A stretch of 64,000 nt of DNA from the NCBI GenBank assembly GCA_951406725.2, contig OX597819.1:59272001-59336000 (forward strand), given 5' to 3'. Origin of the DNA: Octopus vulgaris (Eukaryota). Below, one piece after another: positions 11,571 through 23,390 of this stretch (its first letter is position 1; every line of letters starts with the position of its first letter). The notes below the pieces were generated by a model. The model saw only the letters and a program-made list of their open reading frames with translations, searched no databases and was not told the DNA's origin. The position numbers were made by a program, and so were the translations under genes.

Positions 11571-14504
11571 CAGTGTTTCCCAAACTTTTCATGCCAAATT
11601 GCAATATCATCCACCTATCGACCAAAAGATGCTCCATCACCCACCTGTGTAAAAAAAAAAACCTAACACTAAATCCCCTATGAGAACCCCACCTTGAATC
11701 ATTTGCCACACACACACTATATTGTAGACGTGTTACAAATCCCTTATTGTGGGTTTAGTTTTGCCATTAGTGTGAATAAAATTCTAACATTAACTCTATA
11801 TTATGCAGACAGATTAACTTCGGTAAACTTGTGCTTTCTTTTACATAGATTTTTATTTTCCCCAAATGAACCATTGATCAGAACTACTGATGCAAAAATA
11901 ATTAATGATTGTATTATAAAGGAAAAGAATACAACTTCTTAATGAAAACCATGTGTCTGGTCAAATGCAGCTAGTGCAGATAGATTCGGTTTCAAACTTG
12001 TCAACTTTAGCCACAAGTCTCCTCACTGTGTCACATCCAGTCCAATTCTTTTATGGGAAGGTAAAGTTCCAACATGGTTAAAACCAGATTCAACCAGGTA
12101 CGAGGTAGGGAAGGCAAGCAAAAGTAATTTCAGATGTTTCCACAGATTGGGGTAGGAATTCAATATACTTTGGTGGTACCACAAACCTTCTTTGCATTAC
12201 GGCAATATTGCATTGTGGCATCACTGTCATTTTGTAATTCTCTCAATTCCTCCTAAAAGTCATCCTCACAATCAACTGCATAAACCTCAAATGGATTGCT
12301 ATACCAATTTGGAATATTCAGTGCAATAACATCTTGAAACCGCTCCATCATGTCATCGTGCAATGATTGTAAATAGTTACTATATGTAGTTAAATCCTCA
12401 TCAACCAATTCATCTTTCAAAGAATCAAGTTGTGGAAATTGATGGAATTGACGTTTTGAAATGTTAGTCTTATACAGCACCAATTTTGAAATGAAGGTAG
12501 TGATAAGTGATTTACAATCAATGAGAATTTTTCTGTTTCCCTGCAATAACTTATTCAAATGATTTAATTTCGTGAATATATCACAAAGAAAAAAGATATC
12601 ACACCTTGCAGCCATCAATGAAGCAGATAGTGGAGTATCTTCAAAGAAAGATATGATTATACAAAACAGTTCAACAAAGTGTAAAACACAGTTTCCTTTT
12701 GACTTTGGTATGGTATAAGAGTTTGGTATAGTCCTCATCATTTCTCAGACAGAGTTGATGAAAAATTCGATCAGACAAGGGACTGAACTTTAATTTGTTC
12801 ACAGTCTCGATAACTAACTGAAGCGCATCATTCAGTATACTGTTCATATTTTTTGCCACTGAATGCTGCTGGTGTGCCAAGCAATGAACAGTTAGTATCT
12901 GGTAGGAAATTTCATGCTTTAAGAGAGATGAAAAACCTCTGTATCTTTCTATCATCAAAGGGGCTCCATTAGACGCACAGGCAAGAATATTACTGAGTGG
13001 GATATTATGTTCAAAAAGGAAAGACTTGAGCGGAAAATAGTTGCACCTTTTGAATCAAGCGGCAATTTCTCTGTGAACAGCATTTCCTCACAAGGTTGAA
13101 GGTCTTCACTAAAGTACCAAACATATACCATCATCAAACATCGATTGTCCACAACAGTTGACTCATCTACTTGTATAGAAGATTCAGAACGCTGGAGAAT
13201 ATTAATGAGCTGATGTTTGACATTGTTGGCCATTTCATCAATGAATCAAGAAATCATGTTATTACTAAGTGGGATCTTCTTCATAATGTTATCGGGCTTT
13301 TGTGCATAACGGTTGGCAAAACTTCCTTAATAACCAGCAAAGTAATGTTTCTCCAATTGTGTGAGACTTCCCAGACTTAGCAACAAACAATGCAACATTG
13401 TATGATGCAATCAACCCTTCATTTTCCTGTTTGCTAGTTTTCTGGAATAGCATGTTGAATGTTTGTGCTTGCTTTTTGAAAAAGGCACTCAGTTGCAGAA
13501 ATTATGACAACAGCTTGTCCCCTTTATCAGAATGCTTTTCATCAAAGTGATACTTCAAGTGTGAAGGTTTCATTTCTTCATAGGTCAATGTTTGAAAGAA
13601 AAGAAATAACACTGATAACTGACAGTTCTGAGGAGAGGAAATAAATTCAAATGATGAATAATCACTACTATACTGTCAACCAATTTTCTTGACTGAAGGC
13701 ATCAGTAAAGTAAAAATGTGAAAACGGATTTATATAGATGGTGTCAGAGAGGCAGTATGGTATCCCTAAAGAGAAGAAGTCGATAGAGCAGAGTCAGATG
13801 ACACGCCTTTACTGGAGCAAATACAGATCTAGTTCATTTGCCTGCCAGCATTTCAGAAGTCAAAGTTTATTGAAAGTTTTAAAATTTAGCACATTAATAT
13901 ACCTTTCCAAGCTAAATTGCTGGAATTATTCAGTTTTTTCCAGAAAAATGTTTTTAAAGAGTTATAGAGGTTTAAAGTTTGATCATTTTCACCCAGTCAA
14001 GAAACAGAATTTCAAGCTGTCACTTTGTGCATGACTGCACATTTTGTCAACATCCTGAAAATAGCACTCGTGTTTTGATATGAAAGCATAGAACTACGCA
14101 TGACATATAACCCTCCATAACTTTTTTATTTTTCAGAGTTTTCAGAAAATTTTTGCGAATTTGTACTCTACAGGTGGGACTTCATATGATTATGAAAAAA
14201 AAGAAACTTGATTTAAAGTCTAGGCCTATTTGGCTGTTATTTTTAGCACATATGACAACCATCTCAATGACTGTACAACAAAAATACTTGATCAATAAAC
14301 AAGTCCACTTTTTTTAATATAAAGGGATGTCTCATGCGAGTAGTCAAACCAATAAAAGTTCATCCTTATTCTAGGCATGCCTAGATATAAGTAAATTTCT
14401 AAAAATTCTTTGTCACCCATAAAATGTTCACATCGCTCACCATTTTCTAGATATTTGCCCATCACCCACCCGTAAGTTGAAATTGCCCACTTTGAGAAGC
14501 TATG
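11571..14504 (-). mobile_element. Full-length decayed hAT (Buster/Charlie) DNA transposon, 2934 bp
   Basis: Perfect 8-bp TSD CTCTAGAG (11563-11570 and 14505-14512). Imperfect TIRs CAGTGTTTCCCAAACT / CATAGCTTCTCAAAGT. Internal transposase remnants. Confidence 0.92.
11939..13702 (-). pseudogene. Buster-type (ZBED5/SCAND3-like) transposase pseudogene
   Basis: Frameshifted fragments: MPSVKK..QYS N-terminus, SIQVDESTV (catalytic D), VHCLAHQQ (CxxH), DIFTKLNHLNKLLQG, C-terminal LLLAFPTSYLVESGF dimerisation motif. Confidence 0.88.
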
Positions 14505-14678
14505 CTCTAGAGCATCATAATTTGGTACATAAGGCTAACTTAACCCAGACAATAATGAATATAAATTTAAATTATTCTTTTAATAGAAAATGAGAAGAAA
14601 CAATAGGCAACTTCCTATAAAGAATGTCAAAGCTATATTGGATTTGCATATGTAGGCCTTAAGAGAGTCAAAATTAGA

Positions 14679-17600
14679 TCTTTTATATATATATTAAATT
14701 TTAAAAATAAATTGCACAACAAAATTAAAATACTTTTTAAATTAAAATCTTTAATTACAAATTTTAAGTATTTGGTGTGAGCATGTGTTTTTATAGTCTC
14801 CTTTACAAAAGATGAAGTTCTTGCTCAAAATTAAAAATTATCTTTAAATAATTTCATATCTTTTTAAGTAACAACTCTTTAAAAAAATTCCTGAAACAAT
14901 TTCATTTTTGAAAAATGGACAAAACACATTTAGCTTTCCATTAAAATTAGATGGCAATAGCTCCGCTTTCTAGATTTCTAAAAGTTCCAAGAATTTGACA
15001 TTTTTTTTTAGAATTCTTTTATATCTTTTGAAAAATTGTTGACTTTTTTGTTTTAAAACTAAACATATATGTACAAAAAATCATCACCACTAAAAATCTA
15101 GTAAAAATTCTCTACAATCTTTGCACTTTTTAAAATATTTCATAAGTTTCATTTTTGTAAATGTAGATTATTTTACAGCACAATGTGAATTAAGAAAAGT
15201 TTGTGTGGCTGTGAGCTAATCATCCAGAACATTTTTTGAAAGAATTAAAATTACTGTGATGCCAAGAAACCACAGTAGAATAGGTGAAGGTGAAGAATAA
15301 GGAGACACCCACCAGGCAGCTAAAAGAAATTGCATGACTGAAACTTAATTGAAAGAAAATAAAGCAAAAGGAAACACCCATCTGGTAGATGACAGAAGCC
15401 TTATAATTAAAACCTGATTAAGTGGAATTAAAGAAGAAAGAAGGGCTTTCCAGAAAACCAACAGAAATTCCAACACTCAAACTCACTTCAAGCAGCATTG
15501 AAAGAAAAATACATGTTATTGCTTTGCAATGTGATTTTTGCCAAGAGTTAGTATTTCCACAGGACAAAATGTAACTACACAAGATGTGTTTTTTTTTTGT
15601 TTGTTTTTTTTGCAATGAGAATAATGGTAACAAGTGCAGTTTTTGAAATAGACTAAAATTTGAAGGTGAAACATCAAACCACTGCAGTATTAAAAGTAAT
15701 ATTAAACTAAATCTACTGTCAGGCCCTTTCTTGACAAAATCTCGAGTTCAACTATGCCAAGTTTTCTCTAGGTCATCAGAAAACAGCAATACCAAAATAT
15801 AGTCCAAGAATAAAATTTAGTGAAAAGTTTATTTACAGAACTGGGCCACTTATTCCATCTGGAAACAAATGATGAGAGTTTGCTCAGATTTTGATTTAGG
15901 AGACAAACTTCAATAAAGTAAGCAGACTGAGAAACAATCCCACTTTGAACTCTGATGTGACAGTTAAATTGCAACATTGCTTACGTTATGTCAATCTATA
16001 CATCAGAGATTTCAAATTTATTGAGTTCACCACAGAAGAAATTAAACTAGTATTAAAAGCAAGATTAAACTAGTATTAAAAGCTAAATGGGAGTGGGTAT
16101 AAAAGGCAATATAACATGACCACTACAAACAATGTGGAAGTTCTGCAGCTCAATGTGACAAGAGAAAGCCTTGATGTAATCTATGAACACAGAAGTACCT
16201 TGCAATATATGAGATACATCAATGTTATGATAGTCTTTACAACTACAACATCATGTTTACTTTTGCTACTGACGGATACACAATGAATGTTTAAAGTAAT
16301 GGATAGGAACAAAGGGATCATCAGAAAATAAAAACATACTAACAGTGATTGTGTATGGATCCCCAAAGTGTTAGGCAGAAGCATTTTGAGATTATACAAG
16401 AGCATCATCAAATACAATGGAAAGCCACCTCTTTATTACTTTTACAATAAATCCAAATTAGAAAGAGATGATCATTTTCTCACAGTGAATAGCCAAGAAA
16501 TTGATCACATATTACAGTAATAGAGCTTTATAAAAAGGTGAAGCAACATCTTCATGATTTGCCTTGAGAGAAAAACCTAGGAACAGTAATTGCTAACACA
16601 CGTATGAAAGAAGACTAAAAAAAATACTGCTAAATGCGTTTATTCTTTTTATCAAGCAGAAGATAAACCAAGAGATTAAGCTGATATTGATCTGTTTGTT
16701 TGTGCTTATATTTCAAGCAAAAAGAAAGAAAAAAAAAGAATACCCTGTTATTCACTGGAGTTAAAAGGAACTTAATCTATGGGTTCTGTGGACATAAGAA
16801 TCTGAACAATTCATGCAGGTTCAGTGAAGGAAGAAATTGTAATTATCAGAAAGAATTTCCAATACAATTTTTTAACCAAACTGTTATGACTGAAGACTCC
16901 TACCCAGCTTACAGACACAGATCTGAAAAACATAGTGGTAGATCCTACATTCTGCAAACTCACTGAGTTTGAAATATAACTAGGTACTTAAATTAAAGAT
17001 GTCACAAGGATATATAAACTTGTCAGCCAGTTAGCCAAATAGTCAACATGCCAGCATGGAAGGCAGATGTTAAACGATAATGATGATGATGATATGAAGT
17101 AACAAAGGACCACAGTATCTATGACAGACATGAAATTAACAGTTCATTGTGATCTACTGGTGAAGGGTGCCAAACTCTCCTAGTTGAGTCATGTGGAAGT
17201 CATTAATGTTTCACAAACTCTGTTTTCTGAAGAATTCTATATCAAGCAACCCACCAGAAATATGTGCATTCAAATAGTAACAGATGACACTGGAGAAAAC
17301 TCGGCAGAATTTCTGCTTAGAATTGGTGAAGGAAAATAGCCATACTGGCAAAGTCAATCAAAGATAATAAGTCAAGATAATCTTGTGTTTCCTGGACAAC
17401 TCTAAAAGCTTTTGCAAGACTTCCAGCAAAAATGTAAACATATGGACTGATTCTGACAGTATACAATTCTTTGTCCAACCAACTGGAGTTAATGTCATTA
17501 TAATAGAGTTCCAAGAGAAATCAAAGAATAGTTAAGCAGTGACACAGTTCTCAATAGTAATGAAGCACATCTTTATCCAACTGAATTTTTTAAAAATTTC

Positions 17601-18154
17601 TTTGAGCAGAACGGTTCAATAAACTAGAAGATTGGTGTGCCCATTGTACTTCTCCAAAATTTTGATACAGCTGACAGCCATTGTAATAAGTTATATTAAA
17701 AGACTCAAAAGTAATTTTTTACAGTTGCTTTTTGCAACCATGAAGAGAAAGATTTATTTATCCAAGAATATATTTGCCACCAAGTGATCGTGCACTGCCA
17801 TTCTAGATGCAAAAACATTAATTTCTTGACAAATTATCCACTGGGACTTAGAATGCAAACTTATGACAAAACAGTTTTGAAGATAGGTATTTACCCAAAA
17901 AAACAATGAATACTTCTCTTATTGTTAGATTTATGTGGATATGTCTAGAGTAAGAAATTCAATACCAGATATAAAGAATAAAAATGGAACCTTCAAAGAG
18001 AATGTGTTCAGAAATTCTGTAGAGGTATAGAATATTGTATTGATTAGAATATTGTATGATAAACAAAATTTTCTTATATAATTTCATTTTTTTTTTTCAA
18101 CTAAAAATATCTCATTGTGTTATTTTACTCATTGGGTTACGGTATACAGTTAAT
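14679..18154 (+). mobile_element. Heavily decayed autonomous-type Helitron (Rep + PIF1 helicase remnants)
   Basis: Rep motif GKP.LFITFT.NP at ~16420-16470. YGFCG..N.NNSC....C....FP..F...T...EDSYPAYRHR at ~16775-16925. Helicase C-terminal remnants LYPTEF, KIGVPIVLL.N, YPRI.LPPSD..LPF, SRV at ~17570-17955. Putative 5' A|TC at 14679 and degenerate 3' GGTATACAG(C)TA(G)T at ~18141-18154. Ends are less certain than the core. Confidence 0.7.
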
Positions 18155-18214
18155 GTATCATTTGAATATTTTATGATTTCACTAAAATAAATGAAAAAGA
18201 GCGTAGATACTCAC

Positions 18215-18332
18215 CTTTTTCTTTGTGTGGTAGCGATGTATGAGGTTGGCAGCTGCTGCAGAAGTGCGGTCCTTCGTCGGGCTTTGGTGATGATGAATAC
18301 GACACTGAGCAGTGGCAGCACAAACACTCATC
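18215..18332 (-). CDS. ZCCHC14: ZCCHC14/2-like coding exon 2 (118 nt, Cys-rich: DECLCCHCSVSYSSSPKPDEGPHFCSSCQPHTSLPHKEK)
   Basis: Acceptor TTTTTTTCCTGTCTCTAG|G and donor AAG|GTGAGT. GC-rich island in AT-rich intron. Open in phase 0 after exon 1 and ends in phase 1, matching exon 3. Confidence 0.82.
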
Positions 18333-19982
18333 CTAGAGACAGGAAAAAAATACAAGTCTTAGAAAACCATATCAAGTACTCAATTAGGAAACAGTTACAA
18401 AACATAAATAATCAAAGTAAACATCATTTAACCACATGCAAGAATTTTCACTATAGCAGTTATGCAATATTACAATATAAAATAGGCAACATACCTATAC
18501 CCTCATTTTTCTTGATAAAATATCAACTTCAGAACAAACTAACAATGTGAATTTCAACTAGCAACAGAAATTTGAGATCATCATAGATCTTTTCATATAG
18601 AATAGTGAAAATCTCATAATCCAATAACAGAGAATATTACCAAATGGTTTTTATTATCAAAATTAGTAGGTCCCAAACATGCACATGATACTGTTACATC
18701 ATCTGCTATGTTATCACTTGTTTATTGTTATCCAAAAGCCTCCATCCTAAAATTATCATAATAAGCAATTTCTACTGTGTGTTGCATGTGTATTCATGTA
18801 CTAGCACAGTGAACACATCAGAGAGTATTTGAGCTACTCTAAATTGGGATCTACTAATAACACTAGTTTTCCCCTTTCCCACAGTTTATATGAAGGTACC
18901 ATAGCTTCTAAGATTTATAATCTTATAAATTTACATTAATTATGTGTATGAAAATATATTTATCTTCTGATAAAAACGTTTCCTGCCAAGGCCATGTTCA
19001 TTTTTGTCTCAGATATATATAATCAGTAAATCCATGGTAATTAAACATTGTAACAATCTTGTCCTTCTTTTGCCTTATGTTATTTGGTCTGAAACATAAA
19101 CTGAGTAGCTAATGGATGAGAGATTATGTCATCAACTACACTGATGCTGATGAAGATTTGAACTAAAATAAATTTTAATCACTTGGTGATGAACATATAC
19201 TCGCCCTCTTCTCCACCTCTCTCTTTCTTTCGAAAAGGCAGAGTATATGAAGTATAATGATGTAAGAATCCAATCACAGACAATAATATCAAATGGTTTT
19301 TATCGAAATTAGTAGAATAATGATGTTGCATGTTAGTGTGATATATAGACTGTAGAACATCTGTAGAGAGAAATGAGTTAACATAATCTACTGTATGTTT
19401 AAGTAAATTGAGAAAACGTGAGCAGGAGAAATGATTGTCCTGTTAAGCACATATAATGCAAAAAAACAGTATCCCCTCAGCTAAAATGTGTTATGTGACG
19501 ACAATAAAAGATACTCATGGCAAATTTAAGACCAAGAAAAACATGAAATAAAGTGATGATATTATTGCAGAATATTTAAGTTTCAAGACAAGATGACACA
19601 GAATAAAAACACCAATGTGCCAAATTGCAGATTTTTATCCAGTCTATGCAAGCATAACAATATAACAATTGTTAAGAAGCAATCAAAAGGCACCTCAAGA
19701 ACTATTCACACAGTGTTGTTGTGTGGCACTGAATCAAAAACCTTGACAGGGTCACAGAAAAATTGTGCATAGAGCATGGTTATATTTTAGGCACTTTCTT
19801 TGGATGTATTGTAAGGAAAATATGCCAATAATTCCACAATCAGCTCTACACACATTTCAACTTTCTGGAAGAATTTATTCTGCAATGAGAATCAGTAATC
19901 AAGGAGAATTTTTTCAGAATTAGAGAGAAGAGATTCATCTCAGTAATTTGTACACTATATGCATTCTCCTGTTTAAATATCA

Positions 19983-21064
19983 CTAGCAGTATAGCCTGGC
20001 TTTGCTTGGGATTAAGTTAGGATTATTAAGCTAATCAAGCTCTTTATTTCAAACCAAACTAAGTAACATTGATGTCAAATTTGAGCAGAATCTGTTGAAA
20101 TTGGTAAACTTTTGGCTGAAAATGAGTTGCAGACAATTTGATTGGGAAATTCTATAAGGAATCAGTTTATCGATTTTTTCCACACTCTCAATTGTTTTTT
20201 TGTTGTTTTTTTTTACATTTTTGGAGAACTTAAAGCATTCAAAGATCCCATGAGTTCTAAGTAATGCTGGCATCAAGTTTGAACAAAATACATCAAAATT
20301 TGTAAAAGTTATGGTTGAAAATGGGGTGTAGCCAATTTTAGTGGGAAGTCCTATAAGGAATCGGTTTATCGATTTTTTTAATCCTGATTAAATGGAAAAC
20401 TCCATAAGGAATCAGTTTATTGATTTTTCACCCCAAATAGGACTTAACCAAACACAACATTGCTGATTCAAAAACATCTATATTTATACTTTAAAGTTGG
20501 TTTTCACACCCAAACCAATTCTGGAGAATCAGTATTGCGATGGGAACGCATGGGTTGGGAGTTTGATCAGCAGAGGTGATCAGGTTGCATATGCCAGCCC
20601 TTTTGAAAACACTACCCCTATCATCTAACCCCATCTTTTGCCCATGTGTTGGGAACCCTTCCAGTAAGGAAAATAGAATGCCCAAAAGGACTCCTGATCC
20701 TCTGTTGTCAGAAGTGGTTATGTTCAGATCACAACTAAGTCTTAAGTATATATATATGTGTGTGTGTATAGGCAACACACACACAAACACATACGTACAT
20801 ACAGCTACTGCATACATGTTTTGCGTATGCCCCTGCTCCCCACCCCCCACCCGAATAATACCATCAATTGAGGCAAATTTGGCACCCGGACATAAGTTTT
20901 TTAAGAGGAATAGAGAGGCCTATCTTCTCCCACAGAGATGTGAGAGTCAGATCTCTCCTTTCGAAAACATGAACAGTTTCAAAACATTGTTTACAAAATA
21001 ATAGCTGATCATTTGCGAAGGAGTGTGTCTTCAGTCAACACTTAAGATTTTTGCATTATAGAGA
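19983..21064 (-). mobile_element. Non-autonomous Helitron-type element
   Basis: On the minus strand it ends in a GC hairpin (CCCAAGCAAAGCCAGG) followed by CTATACTGCTAG|T and starts TCTCTATAATG. Three internal copies of CTATAAGGAATCAGTTTATCGATTTTT (~20152, 20351, 20402). Confidence 0.6.
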
Positions 21065-21215
21065 AGCAATGTACAAATATCAAAAAAATAAATCCAAGGT
21101 TTTTAAGGGTTGATTTAAACTCCATTACAGTAAATCCAAGTGAGACTGGATTGCATGTGTATACATAATTGGTTAAAACAATCTTTTAAGAACAACACAT
21201 TTAACAAAAAAAGCA

Positions 21216-21471
21216 CATATAGTTCAGATTTTATGTTCAACAGCTGTTTCATGAAGTTAAACACCATAAAATATATAATTACATAATTGCAATACTGGTC
21301 CAGAAACAGTTTTCTGCTTAATGTAACATTCCTGATAATTTGAGTCAACATTGTTTTAAAATTAATTTGACTTAATCTAATTTAATTATGTTTCACAATT
21401 ATGTAATTATACATTTGGTGGTGTTTATCTTCAAGAAACAGCTGTTGAACACAAAGTATAAACTATATATG
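21216..21471. repeat. Imperfect inverted repeat (~75-bp arms)
   Basis: 21216-21289 pairs with 21396-21471 (core TGTTCAACAGCTGTTTC.TGAAG.TAAACACCA). Confidence 0.75.
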
Positions 21472-22696
21472 AAATTCAAGCTCTTCTGCTAAATAGATTA
21501 TTCTTTTTCAAGTTTAGCTTTCAGTTTTACAGCAATTTGAGCTTTTAATGTATGGCCATTTTAATCAAACTAATCAAGTTGTTACTGAAAAAATGGGCTA
21601 TGGTTTTCTTCAAGTATATCAAGTACTATTGAGGTAAGAATGTTCCACTCTTCAACTGAGATCCCATAAACTTGGTGAGGACAAAGACTTTTCCTGGAGG
21701 CAGTGTGAAAATTGCAGCTAACATTAGGATCTTAATATTTAACTTTTAATTTCTTCTTCCCAACATTATGCTGGAATTTAAGAGTTCATTTTATTTTAAT
21801 ATTCATTTCTAGTTTTGTTAACATATTCTGTGTTCAACCCAACAGCCACCAGCAACTTGTATTGATCTAACAAACCACATATCAGATATAACTCATCTTT
21901 ATGTGATGATAAAATCAATTAGATGCCAATACTTTGAATGGGTATGCATCCATGTAGTTTATTGTTTGCTATTTTGGCACAAAATAGTATTAATTATAAT
22001 AAATTCAAACTCTGAACAAAGGTCTAGAAGTAAACAGTCCATTGGTGTTGCATCTACACACCCCTATGTCTTCCAGTGATTTCTGGCTATATTTTGTGGT
22101 TTTACATAAAATTTTCTAAGTAGGATTTTATCATCAGGATTAATAGACTTAAAAGATTACACACTGCAATTCATTGAAAACATTTTTTTTTTAATCATCC
22201 ATAAGCACTAATGAAAATGAGGAACTGATTACTTAAAAGAATTCAAAGATGGATAAGATGTTCAAATACAGAGATTGATAAAAAATATTGAATTTCTTAA
22301 CTAAAATTGTATTTATAGTGAAACCAACACCATGTATACACGGTTTACCAGCTGGTCATCCTTTCTAAAAGAAAGTGTAACTTCAATTATTCTCAGTTAG
22401 GTTGCCCTCATCAGTTATTCTGTTTTCACTTAGTGATGCGGTGTCTGTGGTGAAATTTACCTAACCATCCTTCCCTGACCTCAACTCCTAATGGCACTGT
22501 AGGCATGCCTTCATAACATACAGTATGCCCAGAGAATTTAAACATTGTAGAGTCAATTTCTTCCATACAGAAAAAGAGAGACAGAGAAAGAAGAATCAAC
22601 CCCAGTATTGGAATGCTATTTATTTATCCACTTCAAAAGAATGAAAGGCAAGGTTGACCATGGTGGGATTTTAAAGTTGGAGCACAGAAAGCTAAA

Positions 22697-22902
22697 CCCT
22701 TTAGTGTTTAGATCACTGTCAAATGTAATGCTTATTCATTGACACCGTTTTGAATTAATCACGTACTATCTTTTAGCTTTAAGACTTCAATGATGTGATT
22801 GTTTACTTTTGGTATGACATTGTTGGGTAGTGTGGAAGCTGGATTTGGCCAATTTGAACACAAAACAGGTAGAATATTTTGTCCAGTTTAAATGCTAAAG
22901 GG
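22697..22902. mobile_element. piggyBac-like MITE, same family
   Basis: CCCTTTAG...CTAAAGGG termini; interior homologous to 60957-61176. Confidence 0.78.
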
Positions 22903-23341
22903 TAAGCAAATGCCATACAGTATTTTGTGTGACTCTAATGACTCTGCCAATTTATCACCTTGGAGTTCACATTCAACAAGAGCTGTCCATTATTCAGATC
23001 TCTCACAAGTTTTAAGATCCTGTAAAGTCCTTACATTCTTAGTTCTAATAATCAAAAGTAGTTTTTGGTTCTTTGTTAAATTATTAATGGGTGTATTTCT
23101 TGGGTATAGATTCCTTAGAGTTGAAGCATGCAGTGCTTAAGAAACCATTCTTACCCACTTCTTCTAATTTGAGATGAGCAATAATCATCCTAAACAGGTC
23201 TACTTGGACATGAATATAGCAACCAAAACTATCTGGCTCCTCAATCAAGTAATAAATCAACCATCTTGCAGACACATGTATAAGGAGTAAAAATATGTAT
23301 AAATGATATGCATAATAATAATAATGTACAGCTGTATATTA

Positions 23342-23344
<3 letters not shown>

Positions 23345-23384
<40 letters not shown>
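23345..23384. repeat. (TA)n microsatellite
   Basis: Direct inspection. Confidence 0.95.

Positions 23385-23390
<6 letters not shown>

Noticed and set aside
16051-16083. 23-bp tandem duplication ATTAAACTAGTATTAAAAGC
   Set aside because: Ordinary slippage duplication inside the dead Helitron.
18191-18550. 119-aa plus-strand ORF
   Set aside because: Antisense to exon 2; no recognisable homology.
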